From: an uncultured Candidatus Rokubacteria bacterium
Lineage (GTDB): Bacteria; Methylomirabilota; Methylomirabilia; Rokubacteriales; DASRDR01
Assembly (NCBI GenBank): GCA_963708025.1
Contig: CAVPSB010000015.1
Location: 32,001 to 96,000, forward strand
Reading direction: 5' to 3'
Length of the DNA stretch: 64,000 nt
Below are positions 1 to 10,430 of this stretch, in pieces. The notes beneath the pieces were generated by a model that ran no database searches, was not told the DNA's origin, and worked only from the letters and a program-made list of their open reading frames with translations. Each line of letters starts with the position of its first letter. Positions within the stretch are counted from its first letter, which is position 1. Made by a program: the position numbers and the translations under genes.

Positions 1-135
1 GGAGCCATGCTCGCGCTATGGCATATCATGCCGGGCGGGCCCCCGTGCCCTTGGGGCGATGGCCGCGCCCGCGTGTGACGTTTCTGGATTCTAACGCGTC
101 GGTCCCGTCGGGGTGCGCTGCGCAGACTGGACAGC

Positions 136-351
136 TCACGCCGCCCGGGCCCTCGCCGCGACGTCGGGACGGACCGGTGCCAAACGGCTCTCACCCGGGC
201 GCACCGACCGCTCGCAGCCATCATGCTCGCACCGGCACCGGACGCCGGCCGGGACGCCGGGCAACGCGCACCAGCGGCAGCACGGACGCTCCGCGGTGAC
301 ACAGAAGCAGGCAGGGTTCGGACAGCTCTTCTCCCGGCGCTCCAGTTCCAT
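136..351 (-). CDS. Small Cys-rich metallothionein-like protein (71 aa)
   Basis: ATG at 351 with AGGAGG RBS; MELERREKSCPNPACFC...CCRWC...CRCEHDGC; Cys spacing shared with the ORF at 4128-4334. Confidence 0.65.
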   Translation of the reverse strand: MELERREKSCPNPACFCVTAERPCCRWCALPGVPAGVRCRCEHDGCERSVRPGESRLAPVRPDVAARARAA

Positions 352-831
352 CGTGGCCTCCTGCGCTGGCGTGGAGCCGCGCTCGCGAGGATACTCTACG
401 GCGCGCTGCCAACCCGACGTGCACGACGTGTGCCGGCAGCCCCGGCTTCTTCTTGAGCCTGGCAAGGTCCTTGAAGTCGCCCACAGCGAGAAGGAGAGAA
501 CAAGGATCGTGGCGGCACGGCACCGGCGGACAGGCGGCTCTGGTTCTCGCCCCGACAGGGGCCGCGGGCCCTGATCTTCACGTTGATCGGTTCGGTCGCG
601 AACCATTGACCCGAGCGCGATCGGTGGCGGCGCAGCGGGCCCGCAACCCCTGGTCGAGGTGAGGCGACCGCGCCCCATGTGGGGCGAGAGTTCCGCGTCC
701 CTCGATTCCGGCTCCACCGGATCACGTCGTCGGCGGGGGGGCCTCGACATCGTGCGCGGTGAGGGCATGCGCGGGCGCGGCGACGAGGAGGTCTGGAAGG
801 ATCTTCGCGCGCCGAGCGTCGGGATTGCGCG

Positions 832-3700
832 GTGAGCACTGGCCCCGACCCCGGCGGACGTGGAGGACCGCGGTCGGCGCGGCTCGGCCCGACCGGCCTC
901 GGCAAGCTCGATCGGGAGAAGGTCGAGCAGACGGTCCTCGACGTCGTCGACGGGCTCGTGGCCGAGCTGGGCGGTGGCGCCCTACGGCGGGGCGCGGCCC
1001 TCGACGACGCCCTCGACCGCGACCTCGGCCTCGGCAGCCTCGAGCGGGTCGAGCTGCTCCTGCGCCTCGAGCAGGCGTTCGGCGTTCGCCTCCCGGACGC
1101 CGTGATGGCGGAGGCCGGGAGTCCGGGAGACCTCGTCACGGCGCTCCTCGCGGCGCGGCCCGTGGCGCCGGAGCCCACGCCGGTCCCGGCGCCCCGGGTC
1201 GCCGCGGGCCGGGCCCCTCCGGCGAGCGTGCGCACGCTCGTCGAAGCGCTGCGCTGGCACGTCGAGGCCGATCCGGAGCGTGCTCACGTCTTCCTCCGGG
1301 GGGAGGACGGGCCGGACCGGACGATCAGCTACGGCGCCCTCTGGTCGGGCGCCGCCGCCGTCTCGGCCGGCCTCCGCGCTGGCGGCCTGGAGCCGGGGGA
1401 GCGCGTCGCCCTCATGCTGCGGACGGAGGAGGCCTTCTTCGCGGCGTTCTTCGGCACGCTGATGGCCGGCGGCATCGCGGTCCCGATCTACCCGCCGTTC
1501 CGCCGCGACCGGCTGGAGGAGTACGCGCACCGGCAGGCCGCCATCCTGAAAAACGCCGAGGCGGGCTGGCTCCTGACCTTCGCGGAAGCCACGCCCGTGG
1601 CGGGACTGCTCCGCTCGCGTGTGCCCTCGCTGCGGTCGGTGACGACCGTCGGCGATGTGGCTCGTGATGCCGCGCCGCCCCCGAAGTCCCGTCGCCGCGC
1701 CGGCGACGCCGCGCTCATCCAGTACACCTCGGGCAGCACGGGCGACCCGAAGGGGGTGCTCCTGACCCACGCCAACGTGCTGGCCAACATCCGCGCGATC
1801 GGGGAGGCGATCGCCATGGGCCCCGAGGACGTCGGCGTGAGCTGGCTTCCCGCTCTACCACGACATGGGGCTGATCGGATCGTGGCTGGCCGCCCTTTAC
1901 TTCGGCATCCCGATCGCGATCCTCTCGCCGATCGCCTTCCTCACCCGCCCGGCCCGCTGGCTGTTGACGCTCGCCGCCCACCGGGGCACGCTCTCCGCGG
2001 CCCCCAACTTCGCCTTCGACCTCTGCGTCCGGAAAGTCGCCGACGAGGAGATCCGAGGCCTCGATCTCTCCGCCTGGCGGCTCGCCTTCAACGGATCGGA
2101 GCCGGTCAGCCCTGACACGATCGAGCGCTTCACGCGCCGCTTCGCACCCTACGGCTTCCGGCCCGAGGCGATGTGCCCGGTGTACGGCCTGGCCGAGGCC
2201 GCGGTCGCCCTGACCGTGCCCGCGCTTGGCCGCCCGCCCCGGCTGGATCGCGTCCTCCGGGAGCCATTCCAGCGCACGGGCCGGGCGTTCCCGGCACCCG
2301 CCGCGGACGCGAGCCCCCTCCGGTTCGTCGACTGTGGCCGACCCTTGCCGGCCCACGAGGTGCGGATCGTCGACCCCGCCGGCCGGTCGGTCGGGGAGCG
2401 GGTGGAAGGACGGATCGAGTTCCGCGGCCCGTCGGTGACGGGCGGCTACTTCCGGAATCCGGAGGCGACCCGGACGGCCGTGCGCGACGGCTGGATGGAC
2501 TCGGGCGACCTGGGCTACTGGGCGGAAGGCGACCTCTTCGTCACGGGACGGCAGAAGGACCTGATCATCAAGGCCGGGCGCAACCTCTATCCGCCGGAGG
2601 TGGAGGAGCTGGCGGGGGAAGTCCCTGGGATCCGGAAGGGATGCGTGGCCGCCTTCGGCGTGGCCGACCCCGCGATCGGGACGGAACGGCTCGTCGTGAT
2701 CGCGGAGAGCCGGGAGACCGAGGCGGGCGCCCGGGAGCGCCTCCGAGCCGCCGTCGTCGATCGGGTCGCCTCGGGGCTGGGACTGCCCCCCGATACCGTG
2801 GTGATCGCCGCGCCGGGAACGGTCCCGAAGACCTCGAGCGGGAAGGTTCGACGACGGGCCGCGCGGGAGGCGTACGTGCGCGGCGACCTGGCGCGTCCCC
2901 CGCGGTCGGCCGCCCGGCAGTGGGTTCGGCTGCGCGCGGAGGACCTGGGGCTCCGCCTGGCACGTCTCGCCGGTGCAGCGGCCCGGCTGGCGTTCGCCGC
3001 CTACGTCGCGGCGTGGCTCCTCCTCACGCTGCCGCCGCTGTGGGTCGGCGTCGTGCTGGCTCCGGGCGCCGGGGCCGCCGGCCGGCTGGTGCGCCGGTGG
3101 TGCCGCCTGGCGCTCTTCCTCGGCGGCTGCCGGCTCCGCGTCGAGGGGCTCGAGCACCTGCCGGCCACCGGGTCGGCCGTCCTCGCCGCCAACCACGCGA
3201 GCTACCTCGACGCGGCCGTGCTCATCGCCGCGCTCCCCGCGGGCCTCCGCTTCGTGGCCAAGCGCGAGCTGACGGCGTATCCCGTCATCGGGACGGTGAT
3301 CCGGAAGGTCGGCCACCTGACAGTCGAGCGGGGACACCCGGCGCGCAGCGCCGCGGGCGCGGAGCGCGTCAGCCGGGCGCTGGCCGAAGGGCTTCTGCTG
3401 CTCGTCTTCCCCGAGGGCACGTTCCGCCGGGCCCCGGGCCTGCTGCCCTTCCGGCTCGGGGCCTTCAAGGCCGCCGTGGAGCAGCGGCGGCCGGTGATCC
3501 CCGTCGGGATCCGCGGGACCCGCGACGTCCTCTCCGCCGATACCTGGCTGCTGCGGCCGGGGCCGGTCGCGGTGACGCTCGGGGCCCCGGTCTTCCCGGA
3601 GGGGACCGGGTGGCCGGCGATGGTGCGGTTGCGCGACCGGGTGCGCGCCGACACCGCGCGCCTGGCCGAGGAGCCCCCGGTCGAGCCGCGGGCCATCTGA
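832..3700 (+). CDS. ACP + fatty acyl-AMP ligase + PlsC-type acyltransferase fusion (one frameshift near 1850)
   Basis: ACP motif LGLGSLERVEL; YTSGSTGDPKG; SWLP/LYHDMGLIG split across frames; ANHASYLD and FPEGT acyltransferase motifs. Confidence 0.9.
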
Positions 3701-3787
3701 GAGCGTGTGAAGCACATGGGTCCTCCGACTCCCCCCTCCCCCCGGTGGGTGGGGGAGGGGGGTTGGGGGGGAGGAGGGAGGTCCCGA
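3699..3787 (+). repeat. Intergenic repeat family A, copy 1 (GAGAGCGTGTGAAG...C-rich/G-rich hairpin...GGGAGGTCCCGA)
   Basis: Shares both ends with 12077-12168 and 60543-60601; starts at a stop codon. Confidence 0.75.
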
Positions 3788-3902
3788 GAACATCGGGGGA
3801 GTCTCGGTCGTCATCGAGCCAAGGGCCGACCGGGGACCGATTCCGGACCCGGCGCGAATCCTGCTGATCTCGAGGGCCGGGGCCCGATGGGGGAGGGCGG
3901 TG

Positions 3903-3918
3903 TGGCCTCGCGGTTGCA
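3903..3918 (+). promoter_or_regulatory. sigma54-like -24/-12 box
   Basis: TGGCCTCGCGGTTGCA (GG-N10-GC), intergenic, upstream of the ORF at 4128. Confidence 0.5.
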
Positions 3919-4127
3919 CCGAGGCAGGCTAGTCGTCGTCTCGGTGGGGGAACAGGGTGGTTCTCGCGCTCGCCGTCGTCCGGGTTCGGTGTCCCATGCC
4001 CGCCCCAGTGGGACGGAACAGCCCCGAGCCGCGGCGTGCCGGGCTCCGGTCATGTGGAACCCGGTCGGATCGTTGCTCCTGGGGAGTGGCGTCCCGGTTG
4101 TGAGGTCAGAAGGGAGGAGCGAGGCCG

Positions 4128-4334
4128 GTGATCACGGCTGTCCGGAGGCCCTGCGCGAACCCCGTGTGCTCCTGTGAGCCGTCGGATGGCGGATGCTCGC
4201 CGTGGTGTCGAGCGCTGGACCGTCCGGCTGGAGAGTGGTGCCGGTGCGGCCATGATGGCTGCGCGCCAGCACCACCCCGTGGAGTGTGGACATCTTCGAT
4301 GCGCCGGACGAGATCGTCGCCGCCAAGGTGGTGA
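4128..4334 (+). CDS. Small Cys-rich metallothionein-like protein (68 aa)
   Basis: GTG with GGAGG upstream; CANPVCSC...CSPWC...CRCGHDGC; paralog of 136-351. Confidence 0.65.
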   Translation: MITAVRRPCANPVCSCEPSDGGCSPWCRALDRPAGEWCRCGHDGCAPAPPRGVWTSSMRRTRSSPPRW

Positions 4335-4498
4335 TGATCATCCGGTCCTTCGGCCATGCCACCACGGAGACCTGGACCGCGATGCCCTGGGAGCGATTCG
4401 AGATCGTGATCCCGGCCTGATCACGTCAACGACCCGGCTCGTCAGGGCCGGGTCGCGATCCGGCGACACGGACGCGAGGATCACGAGAGGGGAACCGG

Positions 4499-5524
4499 GT
4501 GGCGCGGAGACCCGTGGTGCTGGTGACCGGCGCCAGCGGCGAGATGGGAGACAGCCTGATCCGCCATCTGGCGGAGCGGGGGACCTTCGACGTCCTGGCC
4601 CTCGACGTCCGGCCCATGGATCCGGAGCTGGCGCGCCGGTGCGCGGCGACCCGGGTCGGCGACGTCCTCGACCGTCACCTGCTCGACCGGCTGAGGAGCG
4701 AGTTCGAGATCGCCGTCGTCTTTCACCTGGCGGCGCTCCTCTCGACGCGCGCGGAGTTCGTGCCCGAGACCGCCCACGAGGTCAACGTGCAGGGCACGCT
4801 GAATCTTCTCCAGCTCGCGCTCGAAGAGGCGCGCTCCCACGGCCGGCCGGTGAAGTTCCTCTTCCCGAGCTCGATCGCGGTCTACGGGCTCCCGGACCTG
4901 CCGAGCAAGCGCCGGGCCGGGAAGGTCGCCGAGCCGGAGTGGACAGAGCCGGTGACGATGTACGGCTGCAACAAGCTCTACTGCGAGCATCTCGGCCGCT
5001 ACTTCGCCCGTCACTACCGCCAGCTCGCGGCCCAGGACGCGCCGCGCGGCGTCGACTTCCGGGCCATCCGGTTTCCCGGGCTGATCTCGGCGTTCACGGT
5101 GCCGAGCGGGGGGACGAGCGACTACGCCCCGGAGATGATTCACGCGGCGGCCCAGGGCCGGGCCTACGCGTGCTTCGTCCGCGAGGACACGCGCATCCCC
5201 TTCATGGCGATGCCGGATGCGATCCAGGCGCTGCTCACCCTGATGGACGCCCCGGCCGGGTCGCTCACGACCCTGGTGTACAACGTCCGCGCCTTCAACC
5301 CGAGCGCCGGCGAGCTCGCGGGCCTGGTCCGGACCGCGTTCCCGGGAGAGCGGATCACCTTCGCGCCGGATCCGCGCCGCCAGGCGATCGTGGACTCGTG
5401 GCCGGAGGACGTGGACGATACGAGGGCGCGCCGGGACTGGGGCTTCCGCGCGTCGTACGATCTCGAGCGCACGTTCGAGGAGTACCTCGTGCCGAACATC
5501 ACCCGGCGCTACGCCGCCGGGTGA
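4499..5524 (+). CDS. SDR-type L-threonine 3-dehydrogenase (NAD-dependent epimerase/dehydratase family)
   Basis: [30 protein letters not shown] motifs; directly upstream of kbl. Confidence 0.85.
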   Translation: MARRPVVLVTGASGEMGDSLIRHLAERGTFDVLALDVRPMDPELARRCAATRVGDVLDRHLLDRLRSEFEIAVVFHLAALLSTRAEFVPETAHEVNVQGTLNLLQLALEEARSHGRPVKFLFPSSIAVYGLPDLPSKRRAGKVAEPEWTEPVTMYGCNKLYCEHLGRYFARHYRQLAAQDAPRGVDFRAIRFPGLISAFTVPSGGTSDYAPEMIHAAAQGRAYACFVREDTRIPFMAMPDAIQALLTLMDAPAGSLTTLVYNVRAFNPSAGELAGLVRTAFPGERITFAPDPRRQAIVDSWPEDVDDTRARRDWGFRASYDLERTFEEYLVPNITRRYAAG

Positions 5525-5574
5525 GCGGGCGGGCGCCGTCCACGAGCGGCGGGGGGCGGCGGGGGAGACGGGTC

Positions 5575-6759
5575 ATGTACGGTGCGGTGAGGACGCGGCT
5601 CCAGGCCGAGCTGGACGAGATCCGCGAATCCGGGCTCTGGAAGGCCGAGCGCGTGATCGATGGCCCGCAGGGGGTCGAGGTGATGGTCGGCGGCCGGAGG
5701 CTGCTCAACTTCTGCGCGAACAACTACCTCGGGCTGGCCAACGACCCGGGGCTCGTCCGCGCGGCGCAGGACGGGCTCGGGCGCTGGGGGTTCGGGCTCA
5801 GCAGCGTCCGGTTCATCTGCGGGACGCAGGCGATCCACACGGAGCTGGAAGCGGCGATCGCCCGCTTCCTCGGCATTGACGACGCGATCCTCTACACGTC
5901 GTGCTTCGACGCCAACGGAGGCCTCTTCGAGACGCTGCTCGGCGAGCCGGACGCCGTCATCTCCGACGCCCTCAACCATGCCTCGATCATCGACGGCGTC
6001 CGGCTCTGCCGCGCGCGGCGCTACCGCTACGAGCACCGGGACCTGGGCGATCTCGAGCGGGCCCTGAAGGAGAGCGGCGGCGCCCGGACCCGGCTGATCG
6101 CCACCGACGGCGTCTTCTCGATGGACGGGGACGTGGCCCCGCTGGCCGAGATCTGCGCGCTGGCCGACCGGTACGACGCGCTGGTGATGGTGGACGATAG
6201 CCACGCCACGGGCTTCGTGGGCCCGACGGGTCGGGGCACGCCCGAGCATTGCGGGGTGGCCGACCGCGTGGACATCGTCACCTCCACGCTCGGCAAGGCC
6301 CTCGGCGGCGCCAGCGGCGGCTTCACGGCCGCCCGGCGCGAGATCGTCGCCCTGTTGCGCCAGCGATCGCGGCCGTATCTCTTCTCGAACACGCTGGCGC
6401 CGGCCATCGTGTGCGCGTGCCTCGCGTGCCTCGGGATGCTCTCCGAGACCACCGCGCGGCGCGACCGGCTCGAGGCCCACACGCGCTGGTTTCGCCGGGC
6501 CATGACCGACGCCGGATTCGACATCCGCCCCGGCGTCCACCCCATCGTGCCCATCATGCTGGGGGACGCGCGCCTCGCGCAGCAGATGGCCGCCGACCTG
6601 CTGAGCGAGGGCATCTACGTCGTCGGCTTCTTCTACCCGGTGGTCCCCCGAGGCCAGGCCCGCATCCGGGTCCAGATCAGCGCCGCCCACGAGCCGGCCC
6701 ATCTCGAGCGCGCGGTCACCGCGTTCGTGAAGGTCGGCCACGCCCACGGCGTCATCTGA
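5575..6759 (+). CDS. kbl: 2-amino-3-ketobutyrate CoA ligase (glycine C-acetyltransferase)
   Basis: [44 protein letters not shown]. Confidence 0.95.
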   Translation: MYGAVRTRLQAELDEIRESGLWKAERVIDGPQGVEVMVGGRRLLNFCANNYLGLANDPGLVRAAQDGLGRWGFGLSSVRFICGTQAIHTELEAAIARFLGIDDAILYTSCFDANGGLFETLLGEPDAVISDALNHASIIDGVRLCRARRYRYEHRDLGDLERALKESGGARTRLIATDGVFSMDGDVAPLAEICALADRYDALVMVDDSHATGFVGPTGRGTPEHCGVADRVDIVTSTLGKALGGASGGFTAARREIVALLRQRSRPYLFSNTLAPAIVCACLACLGMLSETTARRDRLEAHTRWFRRAMTDAGFDIRPGVHPIVPIMLGDARLAQQMAADLLSEGIYVVGFFYPVVPRGQARIRVQISAAHEPAHLERAVTAFVKVGHAHGVI

Positions 6760-6970
6760 TCCGGAGGCGCCGGCCCACCAGCACCCGCGCCTCGTCCGGC
6801 GTCAGCTCGATGTGGAGTGGCCCCTGTTCCTCGCGCGGCAGCTTGCGCGGCGGGCGCGGACCCCCGGCGATTTGGGGCATCGGCTCGAAATGCTCACACG
6901 GACACCCCGGGACGCGACACCTGCCGCCGAGACCATGATCGCTCTCGGAATGACCGCAAATGCACGTCAT
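6752..6970 (-). CDS. Small Cys/His-rich putative metal-binding protein (72 aa)
   Basis: [12 protein letters not shown]...[20 protein letters not shown]; sigma54-like box about 26 nt upstream. Confidence 0.6.
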   Translation of the reverse strand: MTCICGHSESDHGLGGRCRVPGCPCEHFEPMPQIAGGPRPPRKLPREEQGPLHIELTPDEARVLVGRRLRIR

Positions 6971-6996
6971 CGGCTCACCTCTTGGTCCGTGAGCGC

Positions 6997-7012
6997 AGCA
7001 ACCGGCTTGCCG
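6997..7012 (-). promoter_or_regulatory. sigma54-like -24/-12 box
   Basis: Minus strand CGGCAAGCCGGTTGCT. Confidence 0.5.
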
Positions 7013-7087
7013 CCGTCGTGCTGCGGCTGGCTGGCCGGACCTTGCCCGCCGCCCGCGGCCTGTCGGGTGCGGCGGCGCCGCGACGAC

Positions 7088-7567
7088 CTACCCGGCGGCG
7101 ACGGACTCCGGCACGGCGAAGCGCCCCACGCGAGGCCCGGCGACGCGCACGAACTCCGTCGCCCGCATGTGGATCGCCGTCGCGCGGTCACCCGCCGGCA
7201 TCGTGATCTCGCGCTGGTTCACGAGCGCCTCGTCGGCGAAGGTGGGGACGCCGAAGAGCCGGCCGAACGGCGGGAGCGCGCCGGGCTCGCAGTCGGGGGC
7301 GAGCCGGACGATCTCCTCGAGGCTGGCGAGCTCGGCCATCTCCCGTCCCATCAGCCCCCGGAGCAGACCGAGATCGATGACGCAGCAGGCCGGCAGCACG
7401 GCCAGCGCGAAGCCGTCGTCCTTCTTCACGACGACGACCTTCGCCCAGCTCCAGCCGGAGACGTGCGCGGCCGCCGCTTGCTCTTGCGCCGTGAACGCCT
7501 CGGGGTGGGCCACGACGTCGTACTTGGCCAGCCGGGCCGCGAGGAGCTCCTCGACTCGCCGGTTCAT
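7088..7567 (-). CDS. YbaK/EbsC family aminoacyl-tRNA deacylase-like protein
   Basis: AKVVVVK, PDCEPGALPPFG motifs. Confidence 0.9.
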   Translation of the reverse strand: MNRRVEELLAARLAKYDVVAHPEAFTAQEQAAAAHVSGWSWAKVVVVKKDDGFALAVLPACCVIDLGLLRGLMGREMAELASLEEIVRLAPDCEPGALPPFGRLFGVPTFADEALVNQREITMPAGDRATAIHMRATEFVRVAGPRVGRFAVPESVAAG

Positions 7568-7962
7568 ACGGCCTCCACCCAGACTTCCTTGAGATCCTTC
7601 GGAAGCTGTGCCATGACGTCCTCCGCCTCACCCGGGGAGAGCTGCCCCTTGAGGGCCGCGAACACCCCGAGGGTGAGCCACTGCGCCTCCTGAGCGGTGA
7701 GCAGACCAGCGTCCCCGCGCACCCGCTCGTAGAACTGCTCACGGTCCATCTTCAGCGGGGTGCGCTGCGCCTCCTCTCCCTCCGACCAGACGACCTTGAG
7801 GGGGCCTGGGAGCTGGGCGGCGACCTGATCGGCTTCGTCCGGCGTCAGGCGGTCGCGGAGCGCGCGACACACCGCGGCGGTTCCGCGCTTCGCCTCCTCG
7901 TGGTCGCACTGCCCGAGTCGCTCGCGTACCGCGCGATAGAACGCTTGTGTATCCATCCGCAT
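7564..7962 (-). CDS. DUF2267 domain protein
   Basis: Duplicated EA..V.AQLP..L..VW helical motif; ATGA coupling to the ybaK-like gene. Confidence 0.85.
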   Translation of the reverse strand: MRMDTQAFYRAVRERLGQCDHEEAKRGTAAVCRALRDRLTPDEADQVAAQLPGPLKVVWSEGEEAQRTPLKMDREQFYERVRGDAGLLTAQEAQWLTLGVFAALKGQLSPGEAEDVMAQLPKDLKEVWVEAV

Positions 7963-8689
7963 CCCTCCGTGTCGATCGGCCGCGCGCCGATCCCGCCGAT
8001 CCCATGGTGGTCGCCCGCCGGGCTCGACCCCGAAGCGCCGGCGCCCGCGGCGCGCGGGGTCGGTAGGTGCGGCCTTCCACCCCGATCTCCCCGAACGCAG
8101 GCTGCTGGCCGCTGTCGAGGGCTCGGAGCGTCGGCCGGCCGAGATGGGCGAAGACCAGGCGACCGACGTGACGGCGTCGGGCGGCCGTCGCCACCGCGCG
8201 CACCGGGGCGTGACCGCCGACTCCGCCCGCGAACCGGATCGGCTGGTCCCAGCCGGCGGCGTCCGCGAACACGAGCGCCGCGCCGGCCGCCCACGCCGGG
8301 AACCGCAGGAACTCGGGCGCCCAGACGATCCGATGCCGCCCGGTGGCGATCAGATAGCCGTAGGTGGGATGCGCCGTGTGGACGACCCGCCGCGGGACGA
8401 CGTGAAGCCCGCCACGCCGGTAGCCGGCGACCCGGGGCGCCAGCCCCCGAGCCGCGGCGAGGTGTCGGATCGCTCCGATCAGCTCGGCCCGGGGGTCGGT
8501 CACGAGCCAGGCATCCAGTCGCCCCTCGGGTTCCGCCCCCGGACCCCCGTCCAGCATGACGCGCTGACCGCGGTGCTCGACGAGCAGACCCGCCGGGGCA
8601 TGACGGGGGGAGGCCATGGCCCCGATGCCGAGGAGCGTGACTCGCACGGAGGAGGGCCCCGGTGTTCGCTCACCGCCGGCCGGGCCCAT
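7739..8689 (-). CDS. Metallo-beta-lactamase-fold protein with a degenerate metal motif; true 3' end uncertain (domain ends near 8060)
   Basis: VTLLGIG, MLDGG, VVHTAHPTYGY, GGH, LVFAHLG; ORF runs on over the DUF2267 gene, suggesting an indel. Confidence 0.65.
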   Translation of the reverse strand: MGPAGGERTPGPSSVRVTLLGIGAMASPRHAPAGLLVEHRGQRVMLDGGPGAEPEGRLDAWLVTDPRAELIGAIRHLAAARGLAPRVAGYRRGGLHVVPRRVVHTAHPTYGYLIATGRHRIVWAPEFLRFPAWAAGAALVFADAAGWDQPIRFAGGVGGHAPVRAVATAARRRHVGRLVFAHLGRPTLRALDSGQQPAFGEIGVEGRTYRPRAPRAPALRGRARRATTMGSAGSARGRSTRRDADGYTSVLSRGTRATRAVRPRGGEARNRRGVSRAPRPPDAGRSRSGRRPAPRPPQGRLVGGRGGAAHPAEDGP

Positions 8690-9014
8690 CGATTCGTACC
8701 GTCGGTCCGAGCGTCGCTTCGGGCCCGGCGACCGCGCGCCCGCCCGTGGCCGCCTCGGTGCGAGCTTCCAGCTTCTCGTGCCGCGCGATCTCCGCCTTGA
8801 GCGCCTGCTGCACCCCGACCAGCCGATCGCTGTAGGAAACGGGATACGAGGCCGGTTCCCGGAGCCAAACCTGCATCCCCTCCCTGAAGTAGGAAGCCGC
8901 CATCGTCAGCTCGTAGAGGTCGGTGAACAGGGCCGCGTGGCGGGTGATCAGGGGCCCCGACACGAAGGCCCCGAGTTCTCCGTTCGGCGAGCCGTGCGGC
9001 GGGTCGTCGCTCAT
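8670..9014 (-). pseudogene. pncB: Internally deleted nicotinate phosphoribosyltransferase remnant
   Basis: N-terminal ALFTDLYELTMAASYFREGM joined directly to a C-terminal-like LREPASYPVSYSDRL; only 114 aa. Confidence 0.7.
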
Positions 9015-9030
9015 GGCGTCAGAGTTTTGC

Positions 9031-9046
9031 CGCAAGCGCCGTGCCC
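9031..9046 (-). promoter_or_regulatory. sigma54-like -24/-12 box
   Basis: Minus strand GGGCACGGCGCTTGCG, upstream of the pncB-remnant unit. Confidence 0.55.
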
Positions 9047-9187
9047 GCCCCCGTCCGGCCCCCGGCAGCCGAACCGCAGCACCGGGGCGCTTCCGGCGAC
9101 CGATGGGTGTCGCCCCGCCGCCTCAGGTGAGGCGGCCATGCCCCATCTCACACCGGCGCCTCCCGCTCTTGCGCGAGCCCTGTGCGG

Positions 9188-9203
9188 TGGCAGCCTGCTT
9201 GCT
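9188..9203 (+). promoter_or_regulatory. sigma54-like -24/-12 box
   Basis: TGGCAGCCTGCTTGCT, about 50 nt upstream of the BON gene. Confidence 0.6.
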
Positions 9204-9252
9204 AGTCATGGGAGACACCTGGTCTCAGGGGAGGAGCCGGTCAGTGGCGACG

Positions 9253-9924
9253 ATGAAGCAGACGGACGCCGAGATCCAGCGGGCGGTCCTCCGGGAGCTG
9301 GAGCGGGACACCCGCGTGGAGCAGACCGAGGTCGGCATCGAGGTCGACGAGGGGGTCGTCACCCTGACCGGTACGGTCACGAGCTGGGCCAAGCGGCACG
9401 CCGCCCAGGAGGCGGCCCACCGGGCCGCCGGGGTCCTGGACGTCGCGAACGACATCGAGGTCGCACCGGTCGACGCCCTGGCTCGGACCGACACCGAGAT
9501 CGCGCACGCGGTGCGGCGGACGCTGGAGTGGGACGTCTTCGTGCCCGACCAGCGCATCCAGTCCACCGTGTCGAAGGGCTGGGTGACGCTGGAGGGCGAG
9601 GTGGACTTCTGGCACGAGCGCGAGGAGGCCGAGCGGGCCGTGCGTACCCTGGTCGGGCTGCGCGGCGTGACGAACCGGATTCGACTGAGCGGCGGTCCGG
9701 CGCGGGGCGGGAGCGGGGAGGTCCGGGCGTCGATCCAGGAGGCGCTCGCCCGGCACGCCGAGCGGGTGGCGTCCCGGATCGAGCTCACGGTGACGGACGG
9801 AAAGGTCACGGTGGTCGGGCGCGTCGCCTCATGGTCGGAGAAGCAGGCCGTGCTCGACGGCGCCCGGTCGGCAGCCTCCATCGAGGTCGTCGAGGACCAG
9901 GTCATGGTGGATCCCGATGTCTAG
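9253..9924 (+). CDS. BON (OsmY-like) domain protein, three BON repeats
   Basis: GVVTLTGTV...GVLDVANDI; GWVTLEGEV...GVTNRI; GKVTVVGRV. Confidence 0.9.
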   Translation: MKQTDAEIQRAVLRELERDTRVEQTEVGIEVDEGVVTLTGTVTSWAKRHAAQEAAHRAAGVLDVANDIEVAPVDALARTDTEIAHAVRRTLEWDVFVPDQRIQSTVSKGWVTLEGEVDFWHEREEAERAVRTLVGLRGVTNRIRLSGGPARGGSGEVRASIQEALARHAERVASRIELTVTDGKVTVVGRVASWSEKQAVLDGARSAASIEVVEDQVMVDPDV

Positions 9925-10153
9925 GCCGGGAGTGCCGCCCGGCCGCCGGGGCGGGCTTCTCTGGGAAGGGCTGGGGGCCTCCCGTGAGATGTGCGCGTCC
10001 TGCGGCGCCCTCCTCCGCAGCCAGGAGGTGCCGGACGCCGGGGACGACCTTGCCTGGGCCCAGCGCGCACGAGAGCATCGGCCCGGATGCGAGTGGGTGC
10101 GGCGGCGGGGCCGACCTGGCCGCACCCGCCGACCGCGACGACAGCCGGTCTGA
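9917..10153 (+). CDS. Possible small Zn-binding protein (CxxC...HxxxC)
   Basis: ATG overlaps the end of the BON gene; CASCG...HRPGC. Confidence 0.35.
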   Translation: MSRPGVPPGRRGGLLWEGLGASREMCASCGALLRSQEVPDAGDDLAWAQRAREHRPGCEWVRRRGRPGRTRRPRRQPV

Positions 10154-10314
10154 CACCCGCCCGCTCGTCGGGCCGCGGATCGGGTCAGTTGCAGGACGAG
10201 CCACGCGGCCCGACCGCGAGCGGTCTTCCGCCCGAGCCACGTCGTCGCGTCCCTGTCGCTCGGCGCCCGCCAATAGCCGCGCGACGAGAGCGAGCCGCCC
10301 ACCGCCCGTCGGCG

Positions 10315-10430
10315 TCTCGCAACCCTTCTGGCTGCGGCCGCGCGGCCGTGGCGTTCCACTTCGAGCCGCGGCTTCGCCGCGGCCTCCGAAGGGGGGATCG
10401 GGGGGTCTTCCGAGACCCCCCAGGAAGATC
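10315..10430. repeat. Intergenic repeat family B, copy 1 (about 116 bp, two hairpins)
   Basis: Close match to 33915-34030; hairpins GCCGCGGC-TTC-GCCGCGGC and GGGGGTCT-TCCG-AGACCCCC. Confidence 0.85.

Noticed and set aside
395-412. sigma54 box upstream of the first metallothionein-like gene
   Set aside because: TGGCAG is present but there is no TTGC at the -12 position
4174-5574. Long N-terminal extension of kbl as a fusion
   Set aside because: It overlaps the threonine dehydrogenase gene in another frame; homology begins at ATG 5575
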